The translations under genes and the position numbers were made by a program. Under the pieces are notes generated by a model. The model searched no databases, was not told the DNA's origin, and saw only the letters and a list, made by a program, of their open reading frames with translations. From Snowella sp. (lineage in GTDB: Bacteria; Cyanobacteriota; Cyanobacteriia; Cyanobacteriales; Microcystaceae), in contig JAYKGY010000012.1 in NCBI GenBank assembly GCA_035285545.1, positions 1 through 60,746 of the forward strand: a stretch of DNA of 60,746 nt, written 5' to 3'. Below are positions 11,447 to 21,738 of the stretch, in pieces (the first letter of the stretch is position 1; every line of letters begins with the position of its first letter).

Positions 11447-12961
11447 TTGACAACCATTCAAAACGTATTCTTGATAAAAATGTGGTTACTGATAACTTTA
11501 TTTGTATTACTAGGGCTGATTACTTACGTTGTTATCCAGAAGAACGTTGCCCATATAACTAAAACGCCCATTTGGTTATTATGGTCGGTTTTAATGGCTC
11601 CGTCTTTTATTTGGATGAGTTGGATTGTCCTACAGGGCAAAGATAAACCGCTGCCGTGGTTTTTGATTGTCGGCCCTTTTATCGCTTGTCCTTGGCTATA
11701 TTTCTGGCTAGTTCAAAAAGGTCGTGTTGTTCCGGTTGCAGAAGAAAATCCATCCAGTACGGCTACTAAATCGGAAGAATCGGCACAAAAAACAGATCCC
11801 ACGAAAGTTCGTCCGATTAATGCAACAGAAGAAAAGTCCTTACGGGATTGCTTTCCCTGGGGCGTTTATTACCTACAACAGCTAGATTATCGACCCCAAG
11901 CCATTCTTTGTCGAGGGAAACTGCAAACGGCTCCTGAAACGGCCTATGAGCGTATTAAGAAAAATGTTGAAGGCGTGTTTGGCGATCGCTTTTTGGTGTT
12001 ATTTCAAGAAAGCTTACAGGGTCAGCCCTTCTTTGCCCTGATTCCGAACCCGTCAACCGCAGAACATCAGGCAACGCAAAATGAGAAGATTAATCGGCCT
12101 TGGTTTGCCTTATTTTTGTTAGCTTTAACCCTTTTAACCACCACGATTGTGGGAGCAGAAATGAGTGGGGTTACCCCAGAACAGGTACAAACGGATGGAT
12201 CGGTCATTCTCAAGGGCTTGCCCTACAGTTTGGGGGTAATTGCTATTTTAGGGGTTCATGAATTAAGCCATTACCTAACAGCGGTCTATTATCGCATCCG
12301 CACAACCCTGCCTTATTTCATTCCCATTCCTTTCTTTCTAGGGACGTTTGGGGCATTTATTCAAATGAGATCGCCGATTCCCCATCGTAAGGCCTTATTT
12401 GATGTCGCGATCGCAGGGCCATTGGGGGGATTAATCGTGACCTTGCCGTTACTGTGGTGGGGGTTATCCCAGTCTGACGTGGTGCCCATTTCAGAAAATG
12501 GAACCATGCTTAAGTTTGATGCTCTCGATCCTCGCTTTTCTCTTTTGCTCGCTGTCGTGAGTAAATTAGCGATGGGAGATCTGTTGACGAAAGGGATGGC
12601 GATTGATCTACATCCCCTCGCGATCGCCGGATATATCGGGTTAATTGTGACGGCTCTGAACTTAATGCCGGTGGGTCAACTCGATGGGGGCCATATCATC
12701 CATGCCATGCTGGGTCAACGGGCGGCGAGTGCCGTGGGTCAATTGGCGCGGATTTCCATGATTGTTCTCGCTTTTATTGAGCGAGATTATTTCCTCTGGG
12801 CAATTATTTTGCTGCTAATGCCCGTCAATGATCAACCGGCCTTGAATGATGTGACCGAATTAGATAACCGTCGCGATTTCCTCGGACTCTTTTCAATGGC
12901 AATTTTGATTATGATTTTATTGCCGTTGCCTGGTGCGTTGGCGACTTGGTTACAAATTTAG
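11447..12961 (+). CDS. Site-2 protease (peptidase M50, EGY-like)
   Basis: HELSH, FDVAIAGP, NLMPVGQLDGGH, multiple TM segments. Start may be ATG at 11480. Confidence 0.9.
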   Translation: MTTIQNVFLIKMWLLITLFVLLGLITYVVIQKNVAHITKTPIWLLWSVLMAPSFIWMSWIVLQGKDKPLPWFLIVGPFIACPWLYFWLVQKGRVVPVAEENPSSTATKSEESAQKTDPTKVRPINATEEKSLRDCFPWGVYYLQQLDYRPQAILCRGKLQTAPETAYERIKKNVEGVFGDRFLVLFQESLQGQPFFALIPNPSTAEHQATQNEKINRPWFALFLLALTLLTTTIVGAEMSGVTPEQVQTDGSVILKGLPYSLGVIAILGVHELSHYLTAVYYRIRTTLPYFIPIPFFLGTFGAFIQMRSPIPHRKALFDVAIAGPLGGLIVTLPLLWWGLSQSDVVPISENGTMLKFDALDPRFSLLLAVVSKLAMGDLLTKGMAIDLHPLAIAGYIGLIVTALNLMPVGQLDGGHIIHAMLGQRAASAVGQLARISMIVLAFIERDYFLWAIILLLMPVNDQPALNDVTELDNRRDFLGLFSMAILIMILLPLPGALATWLQI

Positions 12962-12997
12962 GTAATGAAGCTATAATTAATTTATTGATGTGGAATT

Positions 12998-13077
12998 GCC
13001 CCCTAAGTCTCCCAATACTGGCGGACTTTTAGACATCGTAACAGCTAATTTTTCCCCAAATTTGGGGGTTAGGGGGC
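12998..13077. repeat. Palindromic REP-like intergenic element between convergent genes
   Basis: Perfect outer inverted repeat GCCCCCTAA (12998-13006) / TTAGGGGGC (13069-13077), with inner hairpins such as CCCCAAATTTGGGG. Confidence 0.75.
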
Positions 13078-13104
13078 GAAAAACTGATCAACATAGTCAA
13101 TAGA

Positions 13105-13932
13105 TTACAATAATTTTTCTAGACCATATACCAAACTCTTTAACTGAACCACTTTCCGAATACCGAGCAACACACCAGGCATATAGCAAGCGCGATCGCT
13201 GGTGTCATGGCGTAAGGTATAAATTTGGCCAGGGGAGCCAAAAATAATTTCCTGATGGGCAAGTAACCCCGGTAAACGAATGCTGTGAATCGGAATATTT
13301 TCTGGGCCGAGTCCGCCTCTCGCCCCTGGAATCGTTTCTTTTTCGGCAACGGAAGGCGGATTATAGGTTTTGCCTAATTCGGCTAACATTTCGGCGGTTT
13401 TAATAGCAGTTCCGCTAGGGGCATCAGCTTTTTGGTTGTGGTGCAACTCAATGATTTCAACGTGGTCAAAATATTGGGAAGCCTGGATCGCGGCTTGCTG
13501 CATTAACAGAACTCCGATCGCAAAATTGGGCGCAATCAAAACTCCCGTACTGGCTTTATCGGCAAATTCGGATAAATCATTAATTTGTTCAGGACTTAAT
13601 CCTGTTGTTCCCACCACCGGACGCACACCATAGGCGATCGCGGCCCGCACATTTTCATAAACCGCATCGGGATGGGTAAAATCCACCATGACTCCCTGCA
13701 CTTTTTCCTGGGTCGCTAAGACCAACACACTTTGCAGATCATCTAAAACAGGCACCTCTAACGGGCCCAAACCGATCACTTCGCCAATATCCTGTCCTCG
13801 GAGCTTGGGATTGGCATCAACGGCTCCGACTAACATCATATCTTCGGCATTAGCAACGGCTTTGATCACCTCTCGCCCCATTTTTCCGGCGGCTCCGTTG
13901 ACGACAACTGGAATTAACCCCTCATTAGCCAT
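13105..13932 (-). CDS. dapB: 4-hydroxy-tetrahydrodipicolinate reductase
   Basis: [38 protein letters not shown]. Start moved to ATG at 13932. Confidence 0.96.
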   Translation of the reverse strand: MANEGLIPVVVNGAAGKMGREVIKAVANAEDMMLVGAVDANPKLRGQDIGEVIGLGPLEVPVLDDLQSVLVLATQEKVQGVMVDFTHPDAVYENVRAAIAYGVRPVVGTTGLSPEQINDLSEFADKASTGVLIAPNFAIGVLLMQQAAIQASQYFDHVEIIELHHNQKADAPSGTAIKTAEMLAELGKTYNPPSVAEKETIPGARGGLGPENIPIHSIRLPGLLAHQEIIFGSPGQIYTLRHDTSDRACYMPGVLLGIRKVVQLKSLVYGLEKLL

Positions 13933-14035
13933 GATTAATTTTCCCTTACCCTCTGAAGAGAGACACGATAAAAATACCAATTGATTAATTGTATTATCCC
14001 TCGTTTGCTATCGGGCCCGATCATTGAGGAAGGTT

Positions 14036-15052
14036 TTAGGCCGATTTTTCGGGAGCCGTCATTGAAGAGAGGTCTTGATTTTCGGTTAGGATCAAAACCT
14101 GATTATGGGCATCTAAGACATCGGTTTGTAGATAGTCGTATTCGTGCTTTAAATAATTTAAACAGGTTTCTAGAGAGTTAATTTCTTCTTGTTTTTCTGC
14201 TAAGGTTTGATTGAGTTGTTTTTCTTGGTTTTGTAAACTCGTAACATTGGTTTTTAGTTGTTTATAGGCTTGCTCTAGTTCTGTCTTGCAATCGCTTACT
14301 AGCTTGATTTCAGACTGGAGATGACTTTCGGCAGCCATTAATTTATCGAGATTGAAAGCACGGATAGAAGTCTTTTTCTCTAGGTCTTGAATTTCTTGTT
14401 TTAAGGCTTCTTTATACTGAACTTTTTTGAGAACATCCTCATGGAGTTGAGTTAATTCCTCTCGAATAAAGCTACAACTATTTTCAATGAGCTTCATATT
14501 ATAGGTTGTTTCAACTAAACGTTTTTCTAAACTTTCTTTTTCATGAGTCGTTTGTTCGATTTTTTCTGATAAATCCGTTAAAATACTCTCTAATTTTTGC
14601 TTTTTAGGTTGTAATTGAGCAAAAAGGCTATAAAACTCCTGGCGGCGATTGTGGAGCGTAGAAATTTGATCGACCAGATAAAAACGCTCATTGCGGAGTT
14701 GATTGACCTCTGTTTCCATCATTTGGTTAAAGGTCTGGGCAGCGGCGATCGCTTGATGCAGTTGGCCTTCGTAATGCTCTAAATCTTCTAAACGAGTTTC
14801 TAAATCTTGGATTTCTTTGGATAAAGCGGTTTTAAATAACTGTTGGCTTCGATGATATCGCTTTTCTTTGATCCAATTACCGCTATAGGCCGCAGCAGTC
14901 GCAATTGAACCAATAACGAGGGCTTGCTTCGCGTTTTTAGTCAAAACCCCTCCTAGCGCGATCGCCACAATGAGCGTGACTAAACCAAAGGAAACTTGAT
15001 TATTCAGCCGAAATAAAAAAGGACTTTTTCGGAAGAGACGATTTTTACTCAC
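14036..15052 (-). CDS. Membrane-anchored coiled-coil hypothetical protein
   Basis: Two hydrophobic N-terminal segments followed by ~250 aa of heptad-rich E/Q/K/L sequence. Confidence 0.75.
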   Translation of the reverse strand: MSKNRLFRKSPFLFRLNNQVSFGLVTLIVAIALGGVLTKNAKQALVIGSIATAAAYSGNWIKEKRYHRSQQLFKTALSKEIQDLETRLEDLEHYEGQLHQAIAAAQTFNQMMETEVNQLRNERFYLVDQISTLHNRRQEFYSLFAQLQPKKQKLESILTDLSEKIEQTTHEKESLEKRLVETTYNMKLIENSCSFIREELTQLHEDVLKKVQYKEALKQEIQDLEKKTSIRAFNLDKLMAAESHLQSEIKLVSDCKTELEQAYKQLKTNVTSLQNQEKQLNQTLAEKQEEINSLETCLNYLKHEYDYLQTDVLDAHNQVLILTENQDLSSMTAPEKSA

Positions 15053-15180
15053 GGAATCTTGGGAAGCAGATTGTGATTTTATTATAAGGACTTTACGGTA
15101 TGGAATCTATCTCAAGACGTATAACGAATGATGAATTATTAAGTAATGAAACGTTAACTTGACGAACCGATGAATATTTA

Positions 15181-15196
15181 TGTAACTTCTTATACA
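15181..15196. promoter_or_regulatory. NtcA-type binding site TGTA-N8-TACA
   Basis: TGTAACTTCTTATACA matches the extended NtcA consensus and lies in a divergent intergenic region. Confidence 0.55.
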
Positions 15197-15278
15197 GAAT
15201 ATATTGCTTTTTTGTTGGTTCAAACTACGAAGAACGTAACAGGGGGGCAATCACTGAGGGATCAACGGAGGGACAATT

Positions 15279-15530
15279 ATGCAAGTTTTAGCGAATCAAA
15301 ATTATCAATCTCAAGCAAAATGGTGTTATCTGCCGGAAAATTGGTCAGGAGAAGCCCCTAAGCCCCAATCCCAGACGTGGGTACAATTGTTGGCGCAGGA
15401 ACCCGTTAGTCCATTTGCTGCCGAGGAAGCATTGCTATTGTGTGAAGAAGAGAATGAACAGTGGGTCGTTTGGATTCCCAGCTATGGCGAAACGCGCTTA
15501 GATATCAGCCAATTTTGCATTACACCTTAG
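15279..15530 (+). CDS. Small hypothetical protein
   Basis: 83 aa, GGAGG upstream; C-terminal EEALLLCE...WVVWIPSYGE resembles conserved cyanobacterial small proteins. Confidence 0.75.
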   Translation: MQVLANQNYQSQAKWCYLPENWSGEAPKPQSQTWVQLLAQEPVSPFAAEEALLLCEEENEQWVVWIPSYGETRLDISQFCITP

Positions 15531-15646
15531 ATTATTGCCAATTTTAAAGAAGGGACTTAGGGGCTGTTGCATCCGAAAGTTCAGGAGACTGCTATAAATG
15601 AGTAAAGGTTCATTAATCTCAACAATCTAACAACGCTTAAAGCCTT

Positions 15647-17188
15647 TTGAGCATGACCTTAACGGAACAGTTTCTGTCGCAAGTCCCCTCTTCTTTGGAA
15701 CAATTACGCCAACTGGATCACCGTTGGTATCAATTGCGCTGCGAAGAATTCAAAGCAGAGACGGTAATTCAGCAATCCCCTGACCGGCTACAGAACCTTG
15801 AGTTTGATATGGTTTTTTGCGGCGGCACTCTGGGGATTTTATTGGCAACGGCTTTACAACAAAAGGGCTGGAAAGTTGCCCTGATGGAACGGGGACAGTT
15901 GCGGGGACGTGCCCAGGAATGGAATATTTCTCGGCAGGAATTAACGGCTTTTTTAGACTTAGATTTATTAACCGAAGCAGAATTAGAAACCGCGATCGCG
16001 ACGGAATATAATCCCGCCCGAATTAGTTTTCATCAAGGCTATGAACTATGGGTCAAAGATGTTTTAAATATCGGCGTTGATCCGGTTTACTTATTAGAAA
16101 CGCTAAAGCAAAAGTTTTTAGCCGCCGGGGGTAAATTATTAGAAAATACGGCTTTTAAGGGTGCGACAATTCATCCTGACGGTGTTTGCATTAAGACAGG
16201 AACAGCACAGTTAACGGGTCGATTATTAGTAGATGCAATGGGTCATTTTTCTCCGATTGTACAGCAACTTCGTGCCGGACAAAAACCCGATGGCGTTTGT
16301 TTAGTGGTGGGCAGTTGTGCCCAAAATTACCCCCAGAATGAAACGGGAGATTTAATTGCTTCAATTACGCCGATTTTGAATCAATGCCAATATTTTTGGG
16401 AAGCATTTCCTGCTAGGGATGGCCGCACAACCTATTTATTTACCTATGTGGATACTCACCGCGATCGCTTCAGCCTTGAGTTTTTCATGGAAGAATATTT
16501 GCGCTTATTGCCGAGCTATCAACAGTGCGATTTAGAACAACTACAATTTGAACGGTTTCTCTTTGGCTTTTTTCCGGCTTATCAAAAAAGTCCTTTAAAA
16601 ATGCCCTGGCCCCGTTTATTAGCCATCGGAGACAGTGCAGGCGGTCAATCCCCTGTCAGTTTTGGGGGATTTGGGGCAATGGTACGGCATTTAAAACGTT
16701 TAACCCAAGGGATTGATGAAGCTTTAAATAGTGACAGTTTGCAGCCAAAAGATCTAGCCTTATTGCAACCCTATCAACCCAATATTTCTGTGACCTGGTT
16801 ATTTCAAAAAACCATGAGTGTGGGAATTAATCAAACTCCGCAACCGAATCAAATTAATGATTTAATGAGTGGGGTTTTTCGAGTAATGGATCAATTAGGG
16901 GATGAGGTTTTAAAACCGTTTTTACAAGATGTGATTCAATTTTCTGCGCTGTCTAAAACCTTGCCCTTAGTCAATCCCAAATTAGTTTTACCGTTATTGC
17001 CTCAAGTCGGATTAAATCCCTTAATGGATTGGAGTTTTCATTATGTTAATTTAGCTCTCTATAGTGGTTTATATCCCTTGGCGAAATGGGCGGAACCTTG
17101 GAGCAAACAGTTCAATCAACAACAGCATTATGCCTATCAGCGATGGTTAGATGCTTTCAAGTATGGCTCAGGAGGGGATTTTCGATGA
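15647..17188 (+). CDS. cruP: CruP/CruA-family FAD-dependent oxidoreductase (lycopene cyclase family)
   Basis: CGGTLGI, QEWNISRQEL, DAMGHFSPI, GDSAGGQSPVSFGGFG; ~510 aa fits CruP rather than the longer CruA. Confidence 0.78.
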   Translation: MSMTLTEQFLSQVPSSLEQLRQLDHRWYQLRCEEFKAETVIQQSPDRLQNLEFDMVFCGGTLGILLATALQQKGWKVALMERGQLRGRAQEWNISRQELTAFLDLDLLTEAELETAIATEYNPARISFHQGYELWVKDVLNIGVDPVYLLETLKQKFLAAGGKLLENTAFKGATIHPDGVCIKTGTAQLTGRLLVDAMGHFSPIVQQLRAGQKPDGVCLVVGSCAQNYPQNETGDLIASITPILNQCQYFWEAFPARDGRTTYLFTYVDTHRDRFSLEFFMEEYLRLLPSYQQCDLEQLQFERFLFGFFPAYQKSPLKMPWPRLLAIGDSAGGQSPVSFGGFGAMVRHLKRLTQGIDEALNSDSLQPKDLALLQPYQPNISVTWLFQKTMSVGINQTPQPNQINDLMSGVFRVMDQLGDEVLKPFLQDVIQFSALSKTLPLVNPKLVLPLLPQVGLNPLMDWSFHYVNLALYSGLYPLAKWAEPWSKQFNQQQHYAYQRWLDAFKYGSGGDFR

Positions 17189-17985
17189 AAAACTTTGTGA
17201 GTGAAGTTAATCAGCCTGATTCACAGATTAATTTGGCTAAGGCGGCTTTGTATTTTGCTCAGACGGAATATCCCGATTTAGACCCGGATTCCTATTTAGC
17301 CCAATTGGACGCGATCGCTGGAGACATCAAACCCCAATTACCTGAAAGCCTTTATCCTCTCAAAGTTATTCAAACGATTAATCATCATTTATTTGAAACC
17401 TTAAGATTTTCAGGCAATACTCGTAATTATTACGATCCCCGCAATAGCTATTTAAATGAAGTGATTGATCATAAGTGGGGAATTCCGATTAGTTTATCGA
17501 TTTTGTATTTAGAAATTGCTAAACGGATTGACTTTCCGATGGTGGGAATTGGAATGCCTGGCCATTTTTTAATTCGTCCCGATTTTGCCGAAGCAGGTAT
17601 TTTTGTTGATGCATTTAATCAAGGAGAAATTCTCTTTCCCGAAGATTGTGAAAACCGATTACAACAGGTTTATCAGCAGCCCGTGACTCTAGAGCCTGAG
17701 TTTTTAGCTCCCATTACAAACCGTCAAATTTTGACGAGAATGATCACCAATTTAAAGTTTATTTATATTAATAGTAATGATTATGAACGGGCATTGAAAG
17801 TGATTAATTCGATTTTGATTCTTTTGCCGGATTCTGAAACGGAATTACGCGATCGCGGCTTAATCTATTACCAAATTCAAGATATAGAACACGCCATTAT
17901 CGATTTAGAAACCTATTTAAATTTGTCACCGAATGCTCAAGATGCGCCCGCTATTCACCATTTATTAGAACAAATTCGCGCTTAG
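17185..17985 (+). CDS. SirB1-family transglutaminase-like/TPR protein
   Basis: YYDPRNSYLNEV, GIPISLSILY, GIGMPGHFL, ELRDRGL TPR. ATG at 17185 overlaps the cruP stop (ATGA). Confidence 0.88.
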   Translation: MKNFVSEVNQPDSQINLAKAALYFAQTEYPDLDPDSYLAQLDAIAGDIKPQLPESLYPLKVIQTINHHLFETLRFSGNTRNYYDPRNSYLNEVIDHKWGIPISLSILYLEIAKRIDFPMVGIGMPGHFLIRPDFAEAGIFVDAFNQGEILFPEDCENRLQQVYQQPVTLEPEFLAPITNRQILTRMITNLKFIYINSNDYERALKVINSILILLPDSETELRDRGLIYYQIQDIEHAIIDLETYLNLSPNAQDAPAIHHLLEQIRA

Positions 17986-18098
17986 AGCGTTAGCCTTTCC
18001 CTAGCGTGTTGTCATTTTACTAGAACTATTAAACCAGTGGTTGAAAGGGAATGATAGGGATAAGATAGTTCTAATTTCCTTTTAATTTCAAACTACCA

Positions 18099-19031
18099 AT
18101 GTTTTTCAGTGTTGTTATTCCGACCTATAACCGTAAACCCATTTTGGAAAAATGTCTGAGAGCTTTGGAAACGCAAAATTTTACCGATCAGACCGTTTCA
18201 GGCTATGAAGTGGTGGTGGTGGATGATGGTTCTACGGATGGAACGTTGGTTTGGCTAGACCAGTGTGGGGCAGAATTTCCCCATGTTGTCACCTATTCCC
18301 AAGATCATCAAGGCCCGTCGGCGGCGAGGAATTTAGGGGTTCAGCAAGCCCAGGGCGACACCATCATTTTTATTGACAGTGATTTGGTTGTAACCGAGCA
18401 ATTTCTCCAAGCCCACGCAACGGCTTTAACAGAGGAAGAGAAACAATTGGGCAGCGATCGCCTGTTTACCTACGGCGCAGTGATTAATACCTGTAATTTT
18501 GAATCTCCCACCAGTGAACCCTATAAAATCACGGATTTTTCCAATGCTTACTTTGCAACGGGCAATGTCGCGATCGCCAAAAAATGGTTATTAGAAGCAG
18601 GCTTATTTGATACCGAATTTCAACTGTACGGCTGGGAAGACTTAGAACTTGGCGTTAGGTTGAAAAAACTCGGATTAAAACTGGTGAAATGCCCTGAAGC
18701 CGTTGGTTATCATTGGCATCCTCCCTTTAACCTAGAGCAAATCCCCAAATTAATTGATCAGGAAATCCAGCGGGGTCGCATGGGCGTTTTATTTTATCAA
18801 AAACATCCCACCTGGGAAGTGCGATTAATGATCCAAATGACCTGGTTGCACCGTATTTTATGGGGGTTATTGTCGTTGGGCGGTACCTTAAATGAGCGAA
18901 CCCTAGCCCCTTTATTGCAGTGGTTAATCAACCAGAAACGACCTCAACTTGCCTTAGAGATTGCTCGCATTTTTTTGAATTGGTATAACGTTCAAGGCGT
19001 TTATGCAGCCTATCGAGAAAGCCAATCTTAA
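18099..19031 (+). CDS. Glycosyltransferase family 2
   Basis: SVVIPTYNR, VVDDGSTD, GPSAARN, FIDSD, YGWEDLELG. Confidence 0.92.
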   Translation: MFFSVVIPTYNRKPILEKCLRALETQNFTDQTVSGYEVVVVDDGSTDGTLVWLDQCGAEFPHVVTYSQDHQGPSAARNLGVQQAQGDTIIFIDSDLVVTEQFLQAHATALTEEEKQLGSDRLFTYGAVINTCNFESPTSEPYKITDFSNAYFATGNVAIAKKWLLEAGLFDTEFQLYGWEDLELGVRLKKLGLKLVKCPEAVGYHWHPPFNLEQIPKLIDQEIQRGRMGVLFYQKHPTWEVRLMIQMTWLHRILWGLLSLGGTLNERTLAPLLQWLINQKRPQLALEIARIFLNWYNVQGVYAAYRESQS

Positions 19032-19260
19032 ATAATGATTAAAATTTAATTGTCAATTTATGTCATCAGATCCTAAATTTTTATTGACAATTATTGTTTT
19101 TTTCTCTAAAAGACGATAAGGGTAAATAATGATTTTGTGAAATATTGATGACATTTTAGATAAATCATGAAAAATAGGAAATTGCTGATGCTAAATTAGT
19201 TTTCATTTTTGGGCATATTACCTATATCGTCATTTTGGAGACATCTGGAGACATTTATTT

Positions 19261-21675
19261 ATGCAACCTATAATATTTGGCGTAATTGGGCTATTGATTG
19301 GCGGTGCTTTGGTTTATTTTCTTTTAGTAGCTAAGCTCCAGCGTCAACTTGCCAGTGCAGAACGGAAATTGGAACGGGCAAATAAAGCTATTGAAGACGT
19401 TGAATCTCAGCGATCGCAACAAATCACCCAGTCCCAGGAACTCCAAAATGCCCGTCAACAAATTCAATCCCTTGAAGCCTCTTATCAAGCCCAACTGAGT
19501 AATTTAGAACAATCCTATGAGCGTCAATTGCAGGAACTCGAACAAGCTCAAGGATACACAGAAACGTCAGGTATCTCCCCAGACCAAGTTAGACAGATTG
19601 AGCAATCCTACCAAGCTCAAATCCAGGAATTGCAGGCTGCCCATCGAAATGAAAAAGAAGCGGTAGAACAATCCTATCAATCTCAAATTAAAGAATTACA
19701 AGAAGCCCATCAACACGAACTTGAAGCAATAAAACAACAGATACAGCCTATTCAAGCCGTTGATTCCTCGACTCCGACGGAAGAGAAACAGGGGGGATGG
19801 GGAGGAACAGCTATTGGAGCAGCGGCGATCGCTGGAGCAGCGGGGTTAGCGGGTTGGGCAACCTCGAATTTTTTACATCAAGACGAAGAACAAGCAACGG
19901 CTGAAACACCGGAAACATCGGAATCCCCTGAAGAAAACTGGGCCGATGACCCCATGGGACAGGTTATGCGCCAGGAAGCGGAGTTGGCGGGCTGGACAGA
20001 ATCCCAACCGGAAGTAACAGAAGAACCCGTTGCAGACAGTGGTGATTGGCAAGAAACCGCCTCTCCCTTTGAAACCCCTGAAGAAAACTGGGCCGATGAT
20101 CCCATGGGGCAGGCTATGCTCCAGGAAGCGGAGTTAGCTGGTTGGACAGAATCCCAACCCGAAGTTGCCGAGGAAATTACGGAAGGAGCCGTTGCCGAAG
20201 ACGCGATCGCCGAATCCCCGTTTGAGACTCCCGCAGAAACTCCCGACGCTAACTGGGTGGATTCTCCCTTTGGATTTGTGGCAGAAAGTACCGAAGACGT
20301 TGCCGAAGCAGCCGCGATCGCGGAAACTGAAACCCCCGAAGCCTTTGCGGAAACTGAAACCGATCTCGCAAGTTGGACTGACACGGGTGAAACCTTTGAA
20401 ACCCCCGACTTTGAAACCCCTGAAGCCTTTACGGAAGAAATTATCAGTGAAGAATTGGTGACAGAAGGGACAGAAGGGACAGAAGGGACAGAAGAACTCA
20501 TTACGGAAACCCATGATTGGCAAGTGGCGGAATCTTCCTTTGACATGCCAGAAGCAACCCCAGAGGAATTGATCTCAGAATCTCCCTTTGAAACGCCTGA
20601 TTTTGAAAACCCTGACGATAACTGGGTGGATTCTCCCTTTGGAGCGGTGGCAGAAAGTGCGGAAGACGTGGCCGAAGCAGCGGCGATCGCCGAAACCGAA
20701 ACCGATCTCGCCAACTGGACTGACACGGGTGAAATCTTTGAAACCCCAGACTTTGAAACGCCTGAGGCTTTTACTGAAGAAATTATCAGTGAGACCCTGA
20801 CCACAGAAGAACCCGACATTACCGAAACCGTTGAAAGTCCAGAAGCCTTCACGGAAGAAATGGTTAGTGAAGAACTCGTTACAGAAGAACCCGATATTTC
20901 CGACCTCTTTGATCTCGCTGCCGAACCCGCTGAACCCAGTATTGAAGAAAATTGGGCCGATGCGCCAATGGGAGAGCTTGATCTGACGAATTGGGGAGAA
21001 ACGGAACAAACGCCCAGCATAGAAGAATCGATTTTATCCTTTGAAGACAATATCAGTGCTCCTGAATCTTGGGATTTAGGCGAAAGTTTATCAACCCCAG
21101 GGGATGGGGAACTACCCTCACTGGAGGAAATCGAAAATGTCGAGAATTTATCAACGGGTAACGATCTTGATTTTCTTTCTATGCTAAAAAGCGAGGAAGA
21201 AATCCCCATCGCTGAACCAGAAGCGTTCTCTTCTTTTACAGATACAGCCGAACCTGCATTACCTGATTTTTTAGGGGAAGAAACCCTAGAGACCGATTTA
21301 CAACTCCTCGATCTTTTACCCACTAAAGAACCGGAAGATTTAACCGAAACCTTAGCCGGAGAAACCTCTGATCCTTTTATCAATTTCTTTGACTCCGAAA
21401 CCGAAAAATCCGATCTAGAGTTTTTGGAAATGCTGAAGACTGAAGAAGATGAGACGATCAATCGGTCATCCTTAGGGGATTCGGAGGATTTATTTGGAGA
21501 CTTATTTACCCCCGAAGAATCGTCCTCCCCTGACATCAACGATTTATTTGGGACAACTGACAACCACCATTCCCCAGACAAACAAGATGGAGGATTGGAA
21601 GAGTTATTTGCAGATGACACCCTATCCTTTGAAGATTGGGATTTACCGGATTCGGCTAAATCAACTTCTCCCTAA
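19261..21675 (+). CDS. Membrane-anchored, very acidic repeat protein
   Basis: N-terminal TM helix, Q/E coiled coil, GAAAIAGAAGLAG segment, then ~600 aa of E/D/T/P-rich repeats; GGAG upstream. Confidence 0.8.
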   Translation: MQPIIFGVIGLLIGGALVYFLLVAKLQRQLASAERKLERANKAIEDVESQRSQQITQSQELQNARQQIQSLEASYQAQLSNLEQSYERQLQELEQAQGYTETSGISPDQVRQIEQSYQAQIQELQAAHRNEKEAVEQSYQSQIKELQEAHQHELEAIKQQIQPIQAVDSSTPTEEKQGGWGGTAIGAAAIAGAAGLAGWATSNFLHQDEEQATAETPETSESPEENWADDPMGQVMRQEAELAGWTESQPEVTEEPVADSGDWQETASPFETPEENWADDPMGQAMLQEAELAGWTESQPEVAEEITEGAVAEDAIAESPFETPAETPDANWVDSPFGFVAESTEDVAEAAAIAETETPEAFAETETDLASWTDTGETFETPDFETPEAFTEEIISEELVTEGTEGTEGTEELITETHDWQVAESSFDMPEATPEELISESPFETPDFENPDDNWVDSPFGAVAESAEDVAEAAAIAETETDLANWTDTGEIFETPDFETPEAFTEEIISETLTTEEPDITETVESPEAFTEEMVSEELVTEEPDISDLFDLAAEPAEPSIEENWADAPMGELDLTNWGETEQTPSIEESILSFEDNISAPESWDLGESLSTPGDGELPSLEEIENVENLSTGNDLDFLSMLKSEEEIPIAEPEAFSSFTDTAEPALPDFLGEETLETDLQLLDLLPTKEPEDLTETLAGETSDPFINFFDSETEKSDLEFLEMLKTEEDETINRSSLGDSEDLFGDLFTPEESSSPDINDLFGTTDNHHSPDKQDGGLEELFADDTLSFEDWDLPDSAKSTSP

Positions 21676-21738
21676 ATTTGGCATTCTGGCCAATATCTTC
21701 AGTCAATTGAGGCGGTCTTCGGTTTGAGACCGTCTTTT

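Noticed and set aside
19900..20900. Repeated DNA blocks as a possible CRISPR array
   Set aside because: Repeats are long, in frame, vary at synonymous positions and have no unique spacers; no cas genes in the window.
19878..21620. 580-aa Ser-rich antisense ORF and nested ORFs
   Set aside because: Shadow of the Glu/Asp/Thr-rich repeat gene on the other strand; no independent signals.
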